Assembly (NCBI GenBank): GCA_946631895.1
Contig: CAMPAN010000002.1
Span: 14,946 to 78,945, forward strand
Length of the DNA stretch: 64,000 nt
Direction: 5' to 3'
Source: an uncultured Clostridia bacterium
GTDB taxonomy: Bacteria > Bacillota > Clostridia > Christensenellales > CAG-138
Part shown: positions 41,801-51,200 of the stretch, in pieces
How the letters are laid out: each line of letters begins with the position of its first letter
How positions within the stretch are numbered: the stretch's first letter is position 1
Notes under the pieces: generated by a model
The model's database searches: none
The model's input: the letters and a program-made list of their open reading frames with translations, nothing else
Told to the model about the DNA's origin: nothing
Position numbers and translations under genes: made by a program

Positions 41801-43396
41801 TCAAAGACTGAAATCCGCGGCGTTGTCTCGCTGATAGGAACACCAGTTGCCGTTTTCGATCAGCTCTTCTCCGGCGAGCAGAACAAGCAGATCGTCGGTT
41901 TCGCCGCTTCGTTCGATGCGCGTTTGCATTGCGGCATAGAACTGCGCCATTTTCCGATGATCGGATGCCGTCCGCGACAGGGACAGCCGTCCGTAGTAGT
42001 TCGAGATGAACAGCGTTGCCGCCGAGATACCGCCGAGCAGGAGCTTTGACAGCATACGGTAGAGACCGGCGTTTGCGATGTGCAGAGACGCCGCAAACAG
42101 ATCCCCCCATATGAGCTCGAACAGGAGCACAAGGAAATACAGCACGATGCTGACGGACAGCGCGACGCCGACGATCCGTTCGCTGAACGACTTTGCACGC
42201 TCGGATTTTTTGCCGGCGCGGAGATGGTACGCAAGCTGATCCTCGATCCACAGCTTTTTGATGCTGTGCGCCGGATACGGTCTGCCGCCGATCGAAACCG
42301 CTCTGAGCGCAGCGACGATCCATGCGTCGTCCGCCTGCGCCGACCACGGAAGCAGCGCAAACGCGCGGATCTCTCTCCCGGCGTACCGTAAATACGCCTG
42401 CACGCGAAGCGTTTCCGCCAGCGTCCGGTATTCGAGATACCGACGGTGACAGGCGATCCGCCTTCCGCGGCGCTGTACGAGCCACGCGGCGGCGAACATC
42501 AGACCGCAGACGAGGATCATCCAGTGCAGCTCGGCTTCGTCGTAGAGTAAAAAGGCGATCGTGATGACCGTGCTGATGATCGCAAGCGCCGCAAGGATGC
42601 TGCGATACTGTTTCGCAAAACGCAGGCTCAGCGCATCCGATGCGGCATACAGCGCTTCCGTGCGGTCGAGCGTTTCGTCCGGTTCCCGGTCCGCCGGAAG
42701 CAGCGGGGCGGGGGAGGGGGAGGCTTTTTCGGCAAGACGGTTGAATTCGTCGGTGCGCCGGAGCATCTCATGATACGCTGCGCGATCGCCGAAAAAGCGC
42801 GTTTCGCCGGCGCATACCGCCGCATCGTCACCCTCGCGCGGCGTTGCAATCTGCAGAACGGCGGTGCTGCCGGACAGCGGGATCCCGTCCTTCGGATCAT
42901 ATGCGTGTTCGAGCGCGAACCGCACCGTTTCGGCGGTTCCGCAGGTGTTTCCGGGAAGCGGCTTTCCGTCCCAGAGCGCAAGCAGAATGTGTGCGTGCGC
43001 CGCGACGCAGATGCCCGCCTGCCGGTAGGCAAAATCCCGATCCGGCAATTCCGGAACGCGTTCCGTCGCGGGGACGACAAAGCAATCCCGCGCGGCGCCG
43101 CAAAACCGGTAAAGCGCGTCCTTTCCGCCGTCCGAGAAATCGTGCTCATATTCCGCCTGCTCCATCGGCAGCGCGGCGATCAGCGGGATCGAAAGCGCTT
43201 GCGCCGCTTCGGCGCAAAGCAGATCCGCGCCCTCCGCAAGGGAATTCAGCATCACGATCTCCGAATGCGGACATTGCGCGCGCAGATCGGAAAGCGCGGA
43301 AACCACGGCGCCGTACAGCACGCCGTAATCCTCGCTTCGGATATTCCGATGTCCCGTGACCCCGACGACGATCGGGATCGTTGCCTGTGCCGCCAT
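41801..43396 (-). CDS. SLOG-superfamily (LOG/DprA/YpsA-like) domain fused to multi-pass membrane module
   Basis: The N-terminus IVVGVTGHR...NSLAEGADLLCAEAAQALSIPLIAALP...ILLALWDG...GNTCGTAETV resembles the Rossmannoid SLOG pattern (GxGxR ... GAD ... GGT.E). The C-terminal half has about 4 hydrophobic helices in two pairs (ILAALAIISTVITIAFLLY / MILVCGLMFAAAWLV; IVGVALSVSIVLYFLVLLF / LLLGGISAATLFISNYY). The start lies 4 nt after the upstream stop. Confidence 0.55.
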   Translation of the reverse strand: MAAQATIPIVVGVTGHRNIRSEDYGVLYGAVVSALSDLRAQCPHSEIVMLNSLAEGADLLCAEAAQALSIPLIAALPMEQAEYEHDFSDGGKDALYRFCGAARDCFVVPATERVPELPDRDFAYRQAGICVAAHAHILLALWDGKPLPGNTCGTAETVRFALEHAYDPKDGIPLSGSTAVLQIATPREGDDAAVCAGETRFFGDRAAYHEMLRRTDEFNRLAEKASPSPAPLLPADREPDETLDRTEALYAASDALSLRFAKQYRSILAALAIISTVITIAFLLYDEAELHWMILVCGLMFAAAWLVQRRGRRIACHRRYLEYRTLAETLRVQAYLRYAGREIRAFALLPWSAQADDAWIVAALRAVSIGGRPYPAHSIKKLWIEDQLAYHLRAGKKSERAKSFSERIVGVALSVSIVLYFLVLLFELIWGDLFAASLHIANAGLYRMLSKLLLGGISAATLFISNYYGRLSLSRTASDHRKMAQFYAAMQTRIERSGETDDLLVLLAGEELIENGNWCSYQRDNAADFSL

Positions 43397-43400
43397 ACGC

Positions 43401-45431
43401 TCAGTTCAGCTTATAGATCCGGAGTCCGTCGAACTTGCGGATCAGCTTCAGCATGCTGTTGAACGGTTTCCAGTCCTTGCTCTGGACTTCTTCGGGCAGT
43501 CCGAGATAATGCCGCGCGATCTCGAGCTCGCCGAAATCGCCGTTCATGCAGAGCTTGTGCTGCCGCATCTGCTCGCGCAGCGCGAAGCGGTTTTTGCCCT
43601 CCGCCGCCGGAACCGTTTCGTACAGATTCCCGGCGGTCCAGCCCATTGCGCGATGCTCTCTGACCCAGCGGGCATGCTCCATCGGCGCAAACGTTGCGAT
43701 CTGATCGGTCGAGAACGAGCGAAGCATCTCAAAGTCGACGGGGCGGTCCGTATAGAAGCAGCCGATCGCGTTCAGGTATTTCGAAAAGCTCTTGACCTGA
43801 TTGATATTGCTCAGCTTGTATTCCAGCGACATGCCGTCAAATTCGCGTTCCAGCGTTTCAGCCGTGATCCGTTCCTCTTCGCCTTCGTGCCGGTAGCGAC
43901 CGTTCAGCGCGACCGCAAAGTCGTACATGTGCAGGAAGCTGCTGCCGGACAGATAGGTATGCTTGCTCTTCCGATCCGCGGTGCGCATGAATGTGGTGAC
44001 AAACAGCGGATAGGCGGTCAGATCGACGATCTTCTCGATGTCCGTGCGGAAGCGCTGCTCCTTCTCCGCCATATCGCTGTATGCCTTGAGCCGCGGCGGC
44101 GCTTCCTCGCTTCCGCTCCGTTCCCATGCGCGATACTCGGCTTCGTATGCGCCGATCTTTTCAGATTCCTCGGCGTCGAAGCAGTAGAGCGCGTGGATCA
44201 TGCCGCGTGCGAAATCGAACTCCGCATCCATCGGATGCAGCTCGGTGCGGGAATTTCTGCCGTATGCGGTGCGGTCCCAGCACTGCAGCTCGTCGCAGAG
44301 CATCAGAAGATACGCAAGCGGATGCAGCTCCGCCTTCAACGGCGCCTTGCGCTTGTCCTTGGATTTATAGAACGCGATCGCAAACTTGAACATGCTGTTG
44401 TGCAGCATGATCGCCGTCAGCGCGTCCAGATGCGCTTCGGTTAGCGCGTCGGCGCCGCGTTCCTCGACAAGCTCCTGATAGAGCCGCGTCGCGCTGAAAT
44501 AAGCATGATCCATGAAGTATCCGAATTCGTTCGGATCGGTCGGCTTCCGTCTGATCGTATCGCAAAGGTATTCCTCGCTGACGCTGTACGCCGCGCCGAG
44601 CCGCTTTTCGATGCCGTACGCCAGAAGCTCTTCCACGGAGCCGAATTCACGCCCGAACAGCTTTGCAAAATGCGCTTTTCCCGCCTCGCCGAGATCGGAC
44701 AGGCAGCCGAGATCGCGATAGGCAAGGAACATGCTGCCAGGTCCGCGCTTTTTGCGGTCCAGTTCAAAGTACGCAAGCACCTGTTCAAAGGGGATCTCGA
44801 AGGGATAGCCGATGTCGTGGAACAGCGAGGTCAGCCCCCAGTATTCCAGGAAGAACGCCGCGGCGCGATGTTCCTCTTTGCCGGGGACAAAGCCGTAGAA
44901 CGTCTGGAACGTCCTGCGAAAGCCCTCGTTCGTTTCATAGATCGCAAGCCCGAGCGCAAAGACGTAGACCGAATGCGAATAGTGATCGCGGTGCTTCATG
45001 AGGAGCGAGCTCGCGTTCGACTCAAATTCCGAAAGCAGTTCGATCATCTTGCTGGACTTTCCGTACTTGCCCATGAACATCTCGAGGAAGCTGTAATAGA
45101 CGGTATACGCGTCCTCGGCGACGCCGGAGTCGATGAAGCTCTCCAGCTCGCGTTCGAGACACAGCCGGTCGATGTCCATCTGCATGTTGTACGGAATCTG
45201 TCCCGCTTTGTAGCTCGTGCCGAGATACTGTCCCGTCTTCGCTTCCTCGTTTGCTTTTTCGGGCGAGAAGCGCAGCCCCTCGCAGCGCTCGTGCAGAAAC
45301 CGCAGCGCCGCGGATTTCAGATCGCTTCCTGCGCGTCCCGCGCCGTACATCGCCGGTTCAAACGGACCGACGTCTGTCTGAAAGCGTTCCCTGTTCGTTT
45401 TTCTCATCTGTTCCAATGCGGTGTATGCCAT
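43401..45431 (-). CDS. HD-domain phosphohydrolase with C-terminal RyR-like domain
   Basis: GGAGGA RBS. HD motifs: HRDHYSHSVYV, LFHDIGYPFE, IMLHN and LMLCDELQCWDR. The C-terminal MEHARWVREHRAMGWTAG fits the bacterial RyR-domain pattern (H..W......GW.YG). Confidence 0.65.
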   Translation of the reverse strand: MAYTALEQMRKTNRERFQTDVGPFEPAMYGAGRAGSDLKSAALRFLHERCEGLRFSPEKANEEAKTGQYLGTSYKAGQIPYNMQMDIDRLCLERELESFIDSGVAEDAYTVYYSFLEMFMGKYGKSSKMIELLSEFESNASSLLMKHRDHYSHSVYVFALGLAIYETNEGFRRTFQTFYGFVPGKEEHRAAAFFLEYWGLTSLFHDIGYPFEIPFEQVLAYFELDRKKRGPGSMFLAYRDLGCLSDLGEAGKAHFAKLFGREFGSVEELLAYGIEKRLGAAYSVSEEYLCDTIRRKPTDPNEFGYFMDHAYFSATRLYQELVEERGADALTEAHLDALTAIMLHNSMFKFAIAFYKSKDKRKAPLKAELHPLAYLLMLCDELQCWDRTAYGRNSRTELHPMDAEFDFARGMIHALYCFDAEESEKIGAYEAEYRAWERSGSEEAPPRLKAYSDMAEKEQRFRTDIEKIVDLTAYPLFVTTFMRTADRKSKHTYLSGSSFLHMYDFAVALNGRYRHEGEEERITAETLEREFDGMSLEYKLSNINQVKSFSKYLNAIGCFYTDRPVDFEMLRSFSTDQIATFAPMEHARWVREHRAMGWTAGNLYETVPAAEGKNRFALREQMRQHKLCMNGDFGELEIARHYLGLPEEVQSKDWKPFNSMLKLIRKFDGLRIYKLN

Positions 45432-45470
45432 TCTTTTTATCCTCCGATCACGATTGATTTCATGAATATG

Positions 45471-48251
45471 TTATTCCACAACCAGTTCAAAGCCGTAACG
45501 GTCGCCGAGCGTACGGATCGCGCCGTCGAGTGCGTGCGAAAGACGCAGACGCCTGAGATTCGGCAGCTTCAGCAGCGGCGAAAGATCGTTGATTTTCGAC
45601 TCGTCAAGCTCCAGCTCCTCAAGACTGCCGAGATTCTGAATGCCCTCGACGGAGTTCACGCTGCCGTTCTGCCGCAGCCTGAGCTGCTTCATTCCCTGCA
45701 GCGTAAAGGCGGGAGAGACGTCGCCGAGAGATCCGCAGAATTCCACGGTCAGCTCCTCAAGCGATTCAAGGTACTGAATGTCGTCGAGCGACTGAAGCGG
45801 CTGCGCATACAGCCTGAGCCGCCTTAGCCCCGTCAGGTTTTTCAAGGCGGACAGATCGGTAAGCCGCGTGCCGGTTTCGACCGGGATGCGCTCGTCCGAA
45901 TCGTTTCTGCAAAGGTACAGCGTCGCCGAACCGCCGTCCCATTCCTCTTCCGTATGGAACTCGTTCTCGTCGAACAGATAATCACCCGCGATACAGAACG
46001 AGCGTACCCGCGCAAGCACGGAGCGCGGCAGCGCGTCAAGCTCGTCGAGCGACAGCAGCGTGAAATCGCTGTCGTCCGGATGCCACGACGTATTCGGATA
46101 CCGGATCTCATAGGTCTCGAAATTGCCCGCTGCGACCAGTTCCTGCGCCTGCTCCCGAAGCTCCGGACGGACGACAAGCTCCTTGCCCCTCAGATGAGAC
46201 AGCGCGCTGATGTCGCGAAGCCCTTCCAGTCCGCTGACGTCAAAGCTGTAGGTATAAGCAGGATCCAACCCCTCGAAGCAGGAAAGATCGGTCATTTCGG
46301 GGAAGCCCTCCAGATAGTATTCCTCCGAAGTGAATGCGGAAAAATCGGGCAGCGTATTCAAGCCGACCAGGTAGCAGGTTTTCAGACGCATTCCGTTGAG
46401 CGCCGACCAGTCGGTCAGGTGCGGGCAGTCTTCCAGATATAAAAACCCGTACGAACAATCCTCGGCTTTCCCGAACCGTTTGATCTTTTCAAGCCCGTCG
46501 AGCGATTGCAAAAGTTTACAGTTTTCTGCAATAAAGTATTCAAAATCCGCATCGTCGCTTAACGTCGTAAGGTCGCGGACGTCGCATTCTTCCAGATCGA
46601 GCTCCGTATTGACGTGCGATGCCATGGAAAGATCGGTGTGAATCGCAGCCCTTACATGCAGAACTTCAATGGGCGTATTCTCCAAATACCGAAGCGCCGG
46701 CGCGGGATCCTTTCCGTTCATGTTCAGATAGATCCAGTAATAGGATTCGATCGCGCCGAAGCCGGAATAATCCGTAACGCCGGAATCCACAAAAATGAAA
46801 CAGATGTTCTGCTTGGTCGGCAGCTCCTTCAAAAAATCCAGATCGGTGTTCTGCGCGGCAAGGTTGCTGAGATAGTAAAGATGCGGCAGCTTGCCGAGGG
46901 CGGAAAGATCGCGGACCGTCACACGATCCGGATACCCGCGCATGCAGAAGATCTCGAGCGCGGTGCAGCCTTCGATCGCGGAAATATCCGCAAGGTCGTT
47001 GACGTCCTGCAAATCGATGGATTTCAGATTTTTCAGGTTTTCGACGCCGTCCAGCCGTCTCAGATTCAGGAAGAACAGGGACAGCGATTCAAGCGCGGTA
47101 CAATCCGAGAGAAATTGCAGGTTGTCGATATCGACGCGCTCGAGGAGCAGCTTCGTAAGCGCAGCGCATTGTCCGAGCCCGGAAAGATCGACGGGCGGAA
47201 GCGTTTGGTTTTCATTTCGGATCGTCAGCCCGGAAAGCATCGGCGGATGGAAGCCGGAAAGATCCGCAGCCCCGTTCAGGTCCAGTTGAAGATCGACGGA
47301 AGACAGCGCCGGACAGTCGGACAGCGGCGAAAAATCGATCGGATCGCCCGTAAACCCGAAATGACCGATCCCGCTCTGACGAACGCCCTCAAGATCGGAA
47401 ACGGAACAGTCGAACACCTCCAGATTGCCGAGGTTCTTTAGGTCGGACAAATCGGGAAGCTGCCCGTCCGCGCGCACGACCGTCAGCATCGAGAGATTCG
47501 TCATCAGGCGCAGGAAGCCGAGATCGTTCCAATGCGCCGTTTCGATCTCGTGTCCGTCCTCGTTGCTGTACCAGTGCGCGCCGTTTTCGTCGTACCCGCG
47601 CGTTGCGTAATAATCCGCACCGACGCGCGCCAAGCCCTGTTCTTCGACCCGGCTTTCGTCGCCGAAGGTATAATGCATCTGATCGCCGAGGATGACCAGC
47701 TCATAGATCCGTTCGATATCCTCCGGCGGAATGCCGTCCGGAATGACCGGCGGGGCGGTCGGCGCAGGGGTCGTTTCGACGTCGACCTCCTGCGCGCCCT
47801 TATTCGCGAGCACGCGCCAGAGTACGATCCCGACGACGGCGGCAAGCACGACCGCCGCCGCGGCGATGATCCATTTCCGCAGCTTCGAGGCGATCGCGAC
47901 GGGCGCTTTCAGCGCGCCGGCAATGCGGTCGACCAGCTCCTCCGCCGTATAGCGGTCGGCGAAGATCGAGTTCCGCGCCATCAATGCGTTTTCGATCAGC
48001 GCGGGCGGCGTCGAACCGTCCAGATTGACCGGAATGACGTCGCAGTTCTGCGCGTCGAGCTGCAGGAACCGGTCAACCTCCGGCGAGGCTTCTTCGAGGT
48101 TCTTCGACAGGAAGAACAGAACGGCATCGTTTTTCTTCGGCGAGTGCTCCGGATCGACGGCGAAGCCTTTGCCTTTCAGCGCGTCGAGGATCGGTCGGAC
48201 GATCGGTTCGTCCGCCGCCGGAAACAGCGGGTACAGCGTGCGTCTTGCCAT
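45471..48251 (-). CDS. TIR-like N-domain - TM - leucine-rich-repeat (internalin-type) protein
   Basis: I placed the start at MARRTLYP (AAGGAG 8 nt upstream). This is where identity with the paralog begins. The N-terminal ~125 aa look flavodoxin/TIR-like (divergent). TM is WIIAAAAVVLAAVVGIVLW, followed by a Pro/Thr linker. More than 25 LRR units follow, of type L..L.DLS.L..L.NL..L.L. Confidence 0.7.
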   Translation of the reverse strand: MARRTLYPLFPAADEPIVRPILDALKGKGFAVDPEHSPKKNDAVLFFLSKNLEEASPEVDRFLQLDAQNCDVIPVNLDGSTPPALIENALMARNSIFADRYTAEELVDRIAGALKAPVAIASKLRKWIIAAAAVVLAAVVGIVLWRVLANKGAQEVDVETTPAPTAPPVIPDGIPPEDIERIYELVILGDQMHYTFGDESRVEEQGLARVGADYYATRGYDENGAHWYSNEDGHEIETAHWNDLGFLRLMTNLSMLTVVRADGQLPDLSDLKNLGNLEVFDCSVSDLEGVRQSGIGHFGFTGDPIDFSPLSDCPALSSVDLQLDLNGAADLSGFHPPMLSGLTIRNENQTLPPVDLSGLGQCAALTKLLLERVDIDNLQFLSDCTALESLSLFFLNLRRLDGVENLKNLKSIDLQDVNDLADISAIEGCTALEIFCMRGYPDRVTVRDLSALGKLPHLYYLSNLAAQNTDLDFLKELPTKQNICFIFVDSGVTDYSGFGAIESYYWIYLNMNGKDPAPALRYLENTPIEVLHVRAAIHTDLSMASHVNTELDLEECDVRDLTTLSDDADFEYFIAENCKLLQSLDGLEKIKRFGKAEDCSYGFLYLEDCPHLTDWSALNGMRLKTCYLVGLNTLPDFSAFTSEEYYLEGFPEMTDLSCFEGLDPAYTYSFDVSGLEGLRDISALSHLRGKELVVRPELREQAQELVAAGNFETYEIRYPNTSWHPDDSDFTLLSLDELDALPRSVLARVRSFCIAGDYLFDENEFHTEEEWDGGSATLYLCRNDSDERIPVETGTRLTDLSALKNLTGLRRLRLYAQPLQSLDDIQYLESLEELTVEFCGSLGDVSPAFTLQGMKQLRLRQNGSVNSVEGIQNLGSLEELELDESKINDLSPLLKLPNLRRLRLSHALDGAIRTLGDRYGFELVVE
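47811..48251 (-). repeat. ~440-bp near-identical repeat, copy 1 (5' end of 45471..48251)
   Basis: Read directly: it aligns at a constant offset of 3906 nt with 51717..52157 and has only a few mismatches near the distal end. The encoded aa 1-~147 are identical. Confidence 0.85.
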
Positions 48252-48290
48252 GAGCGGCTCCTTTCTGTTCATTCGGATGCTTTTTTCGGA

Positions 48291-51200
48291 TCAGTTTTCG
48301 ATTTCAAGCCGGAAGGGGTATTCCTCGCCGAGCGAGGCGATCGCCTGCGGCATGTTGTGCGACACGCACGCCGTTCTCAGATTTTTGAGCGTCAGCAGCG
48401 GCGAGACGTCGGTGAGCTGCGGTGTCCACGAAACCTTGATGTATTCGAGCTCGGGATGCTGTTCGACGAACTGCCGGAACGTTTCGTTCGTGAAATTGCA
48501 GCCGCCCGCATGGATCTCATAGATCTTCACGTTCTTCAACGCGTCCATCCAGAGCGAGCAGTGCGTATTGAACACGTTGATATTCCAGAACGCCTTAAAA
48601 TGCGACAGCACCGCGAATTGGTCGGCGGTGAGGCTCTTCGGCAAATTGTCGATCGAGAGGTTAAAGCCGCGATGCTCTGTATCGGCATAGGATGTGTCGA
48701 TGCCGCTTAGCGGCGACAGATCGGTAATCTGCGTGTTGGCAATGGAGAGATCGGAAAGCCGCGGCAGCCTTTCGATGCCTGCAACGGAGGTGATCGGAAG
48801 CCCCCGCACACTGATGCTTTCGAGCATCGGCAGGTCGAACAGCACGGAAACATCGGTGATCTTCGGGCAGGTATGGATCTGAACTTCTTCCAGATGCGAA
48901 AGCGTCTCGATACCGTCCGGCGATACGATCGGGTTGCAGTGAATCCGGAACCGTTTCAGGTTCGGCAGCCGATGCAGGAACGAGAGATCGGTCAGCGTGC
49001 CTTGCCCGATCGGGGTGCGATTGCCGTCGTCGCGGACCAGCCATCCCCGCGTGCCGTCGGAGCTCCAGTCCTCATCCCACCACTGACCGTCGCCGTTGTA
49101 GAGCCAGTCGCCCGCGATGCAAAGGCTTTGCACCTTTGCAAGTACGGAATCGGGCAGGGCGAGGAAATCCTGCACCTTGACGCCGTCCACGGTGAATTTG
49201 ATCTCACAGTCGTCCGGAAGTGCGCCGAGCGGTGAGAAATCGGTCACGCGGGTCCATTGCAGATCAAAGAACCGGAGCTTCGAAAGCGCCTGCACGCCCT
49301 CCATCGAATCCACCTGCGTTCCCCAGATTTTCAACTCTTCAAGCTCCGGCAGATTCTGCACGCCCTCGATTGAAGTATACGGCGCGTTGGTCAGCTGAAG
49401 CTTTCTGAGGCCCTGCACCGTGAAGGCGGCGGATACGTCCGTAAGGCTTCGGCAGTCCTCCGCGCAAAGCTCCTCCAGATCGGAAAGATACTGAATCCCC
49501 TCCAGCGATTCCAGCGCCTGATTGGTGATGTTCAACCGCTTTAATCCGGTCAGCGCGGAAAGCCCGGAAAGATCCGTCATTGTTCCCGTGGGGATCACTT
49601 CCTGCTCGCCTGTCGCACGGTTGATCAGGGTATAGGTCGGCGGGTTGGTGCTCCAATCAGATTCCCATTCGTATTCGTCCCAGTTGAAGAGCCGGTCGCC
49701 GAGGAGATTCACATCCTGCACGTAGGCAAGCAGCGCGCCCGGCAGCGTATCGATTTCCTCCAGACTGTAGAGCTTGACGTTCGGCTCATACGGACGCCAC
49801 CATTCGTTTGTGTATTCGATATCGACATTGCTGAAATGACTGCTGTCCTCCAGAAGCTGCGCCTGCTGTCCGAGGTGCGCGGGCACGGAAAGCCGGTTGC
49901 CTTTCAGCCCGTTCAGCGGAGAGAGGTCGGTAACGCCGTCCAGGTCGAACAGTTCGATGTCGTACCGCTTGCTCGGATCGAGATTCCGAAGCGGGGACAG
50001 ATCGTCAAGACCGATGATGGATTCCAGACGGATAAACCGGACGGAAAGGTCTTTGAAGGTGGGAATCGAAAACAGTTTCTCGAGATGCAACGAGGAAAGC
50101 GACAGACCCTCAAGCGCGGACCAGTCGGAAAGGCGCGGACAGTCTTCGATCATCAGATCGACGTAGTTGCCTTCCTTGATGCGATTCAGATTCTGAATGC
50201 CGTCCAGCGAGGTCAGGAAATCGGATTCGGTGATTTTCACATTGGTAACGTCGTACGCGGGAAGCCCTTCGAGCGAAGAAACGCCGTGCAGGGTCAGTTC
50301 GTTTCTGACGGTCGGGAACCGGGAATAATCCACGGGAATATTGCTTCCGCGATTGCCGCCGTTGCGATTCCAGAACTCAAAACGGTTGACGACCGCGTCC
50401 TTCACATACGGAAGCGCGCTGCCGTTGCGATCGGTGATGTTCAAAAAGTCATAATATGTGATCGCGGCAAGACCGGACCAGTCGTCGACCTCGGAGACGC
50501 CGAAACAGAAATAATTCTTGTTGACGATGTCGGCAAGATAATCCACGTTGTTCGGACCTGCGCCGTATAACTCCATGGTTCTGAGACGCGGCAGCCTGAC
50601 GACCGGCGACACGTCATTGAGAGCAAACGACTCGGATATATGGATGCGGGACAAGCTCGTGCAGCTTTCAAGCGCGGAAATGTCGGTCAGGTTCCGAAGC
50701 CCGTTACACTCGATATCGGAAAGCGAGGTATGGTCTTCCAGACCGTGCAGCGAGCGGATCGAATTCATCCACTCGAGCCGCAGCCTTGTGAGCTTCGTTG
50801 CGCCGGTCAGGAAGGAAAGATCCGGCGTACGGAAATCCTGTCCCTCGAATTCCGTCAGTCCGGCGCAGCTCGAAAGCGCGTTGAGGTCGGTCAGTTCAAA
50901 GCAACTGTCGATGTTGATCCTGTTAAGCCGGGTATGGTTTTCCAAGCCGGAAAGTGATGTCAGCGCATGCAGTTCGTTGAGATAAAGCTCGGTCACCGCC
51001 GTCGCGTTTGCAAGGCAGGAAAGATCCTGAAGCCCCAGATCGTTGAGCATGACCCGCTTCAGCTTGACGCAGGCATGAAGTCCGGAAGCATCGCGGATCC
51101 CCTGACTGCCGCTGCCCGTCAGGCGCAGTTCCTCGAGCGCAGGCGGTCCGAAGGCGGAGAGGTCCGCCGGAAGCTCGCCGTACAGTTCGATATAGGCGCC

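Noticed and set aside
48252-48272. Upstream ATG (MNRKEPL...) as the start of 45471..48272.
   Set aside because: Identity with the paralog starts exactly at MARRTLYP. AAGGAG lies 8 nt upstream of that second ATG, and the upstream ATG overlaps that RBS.
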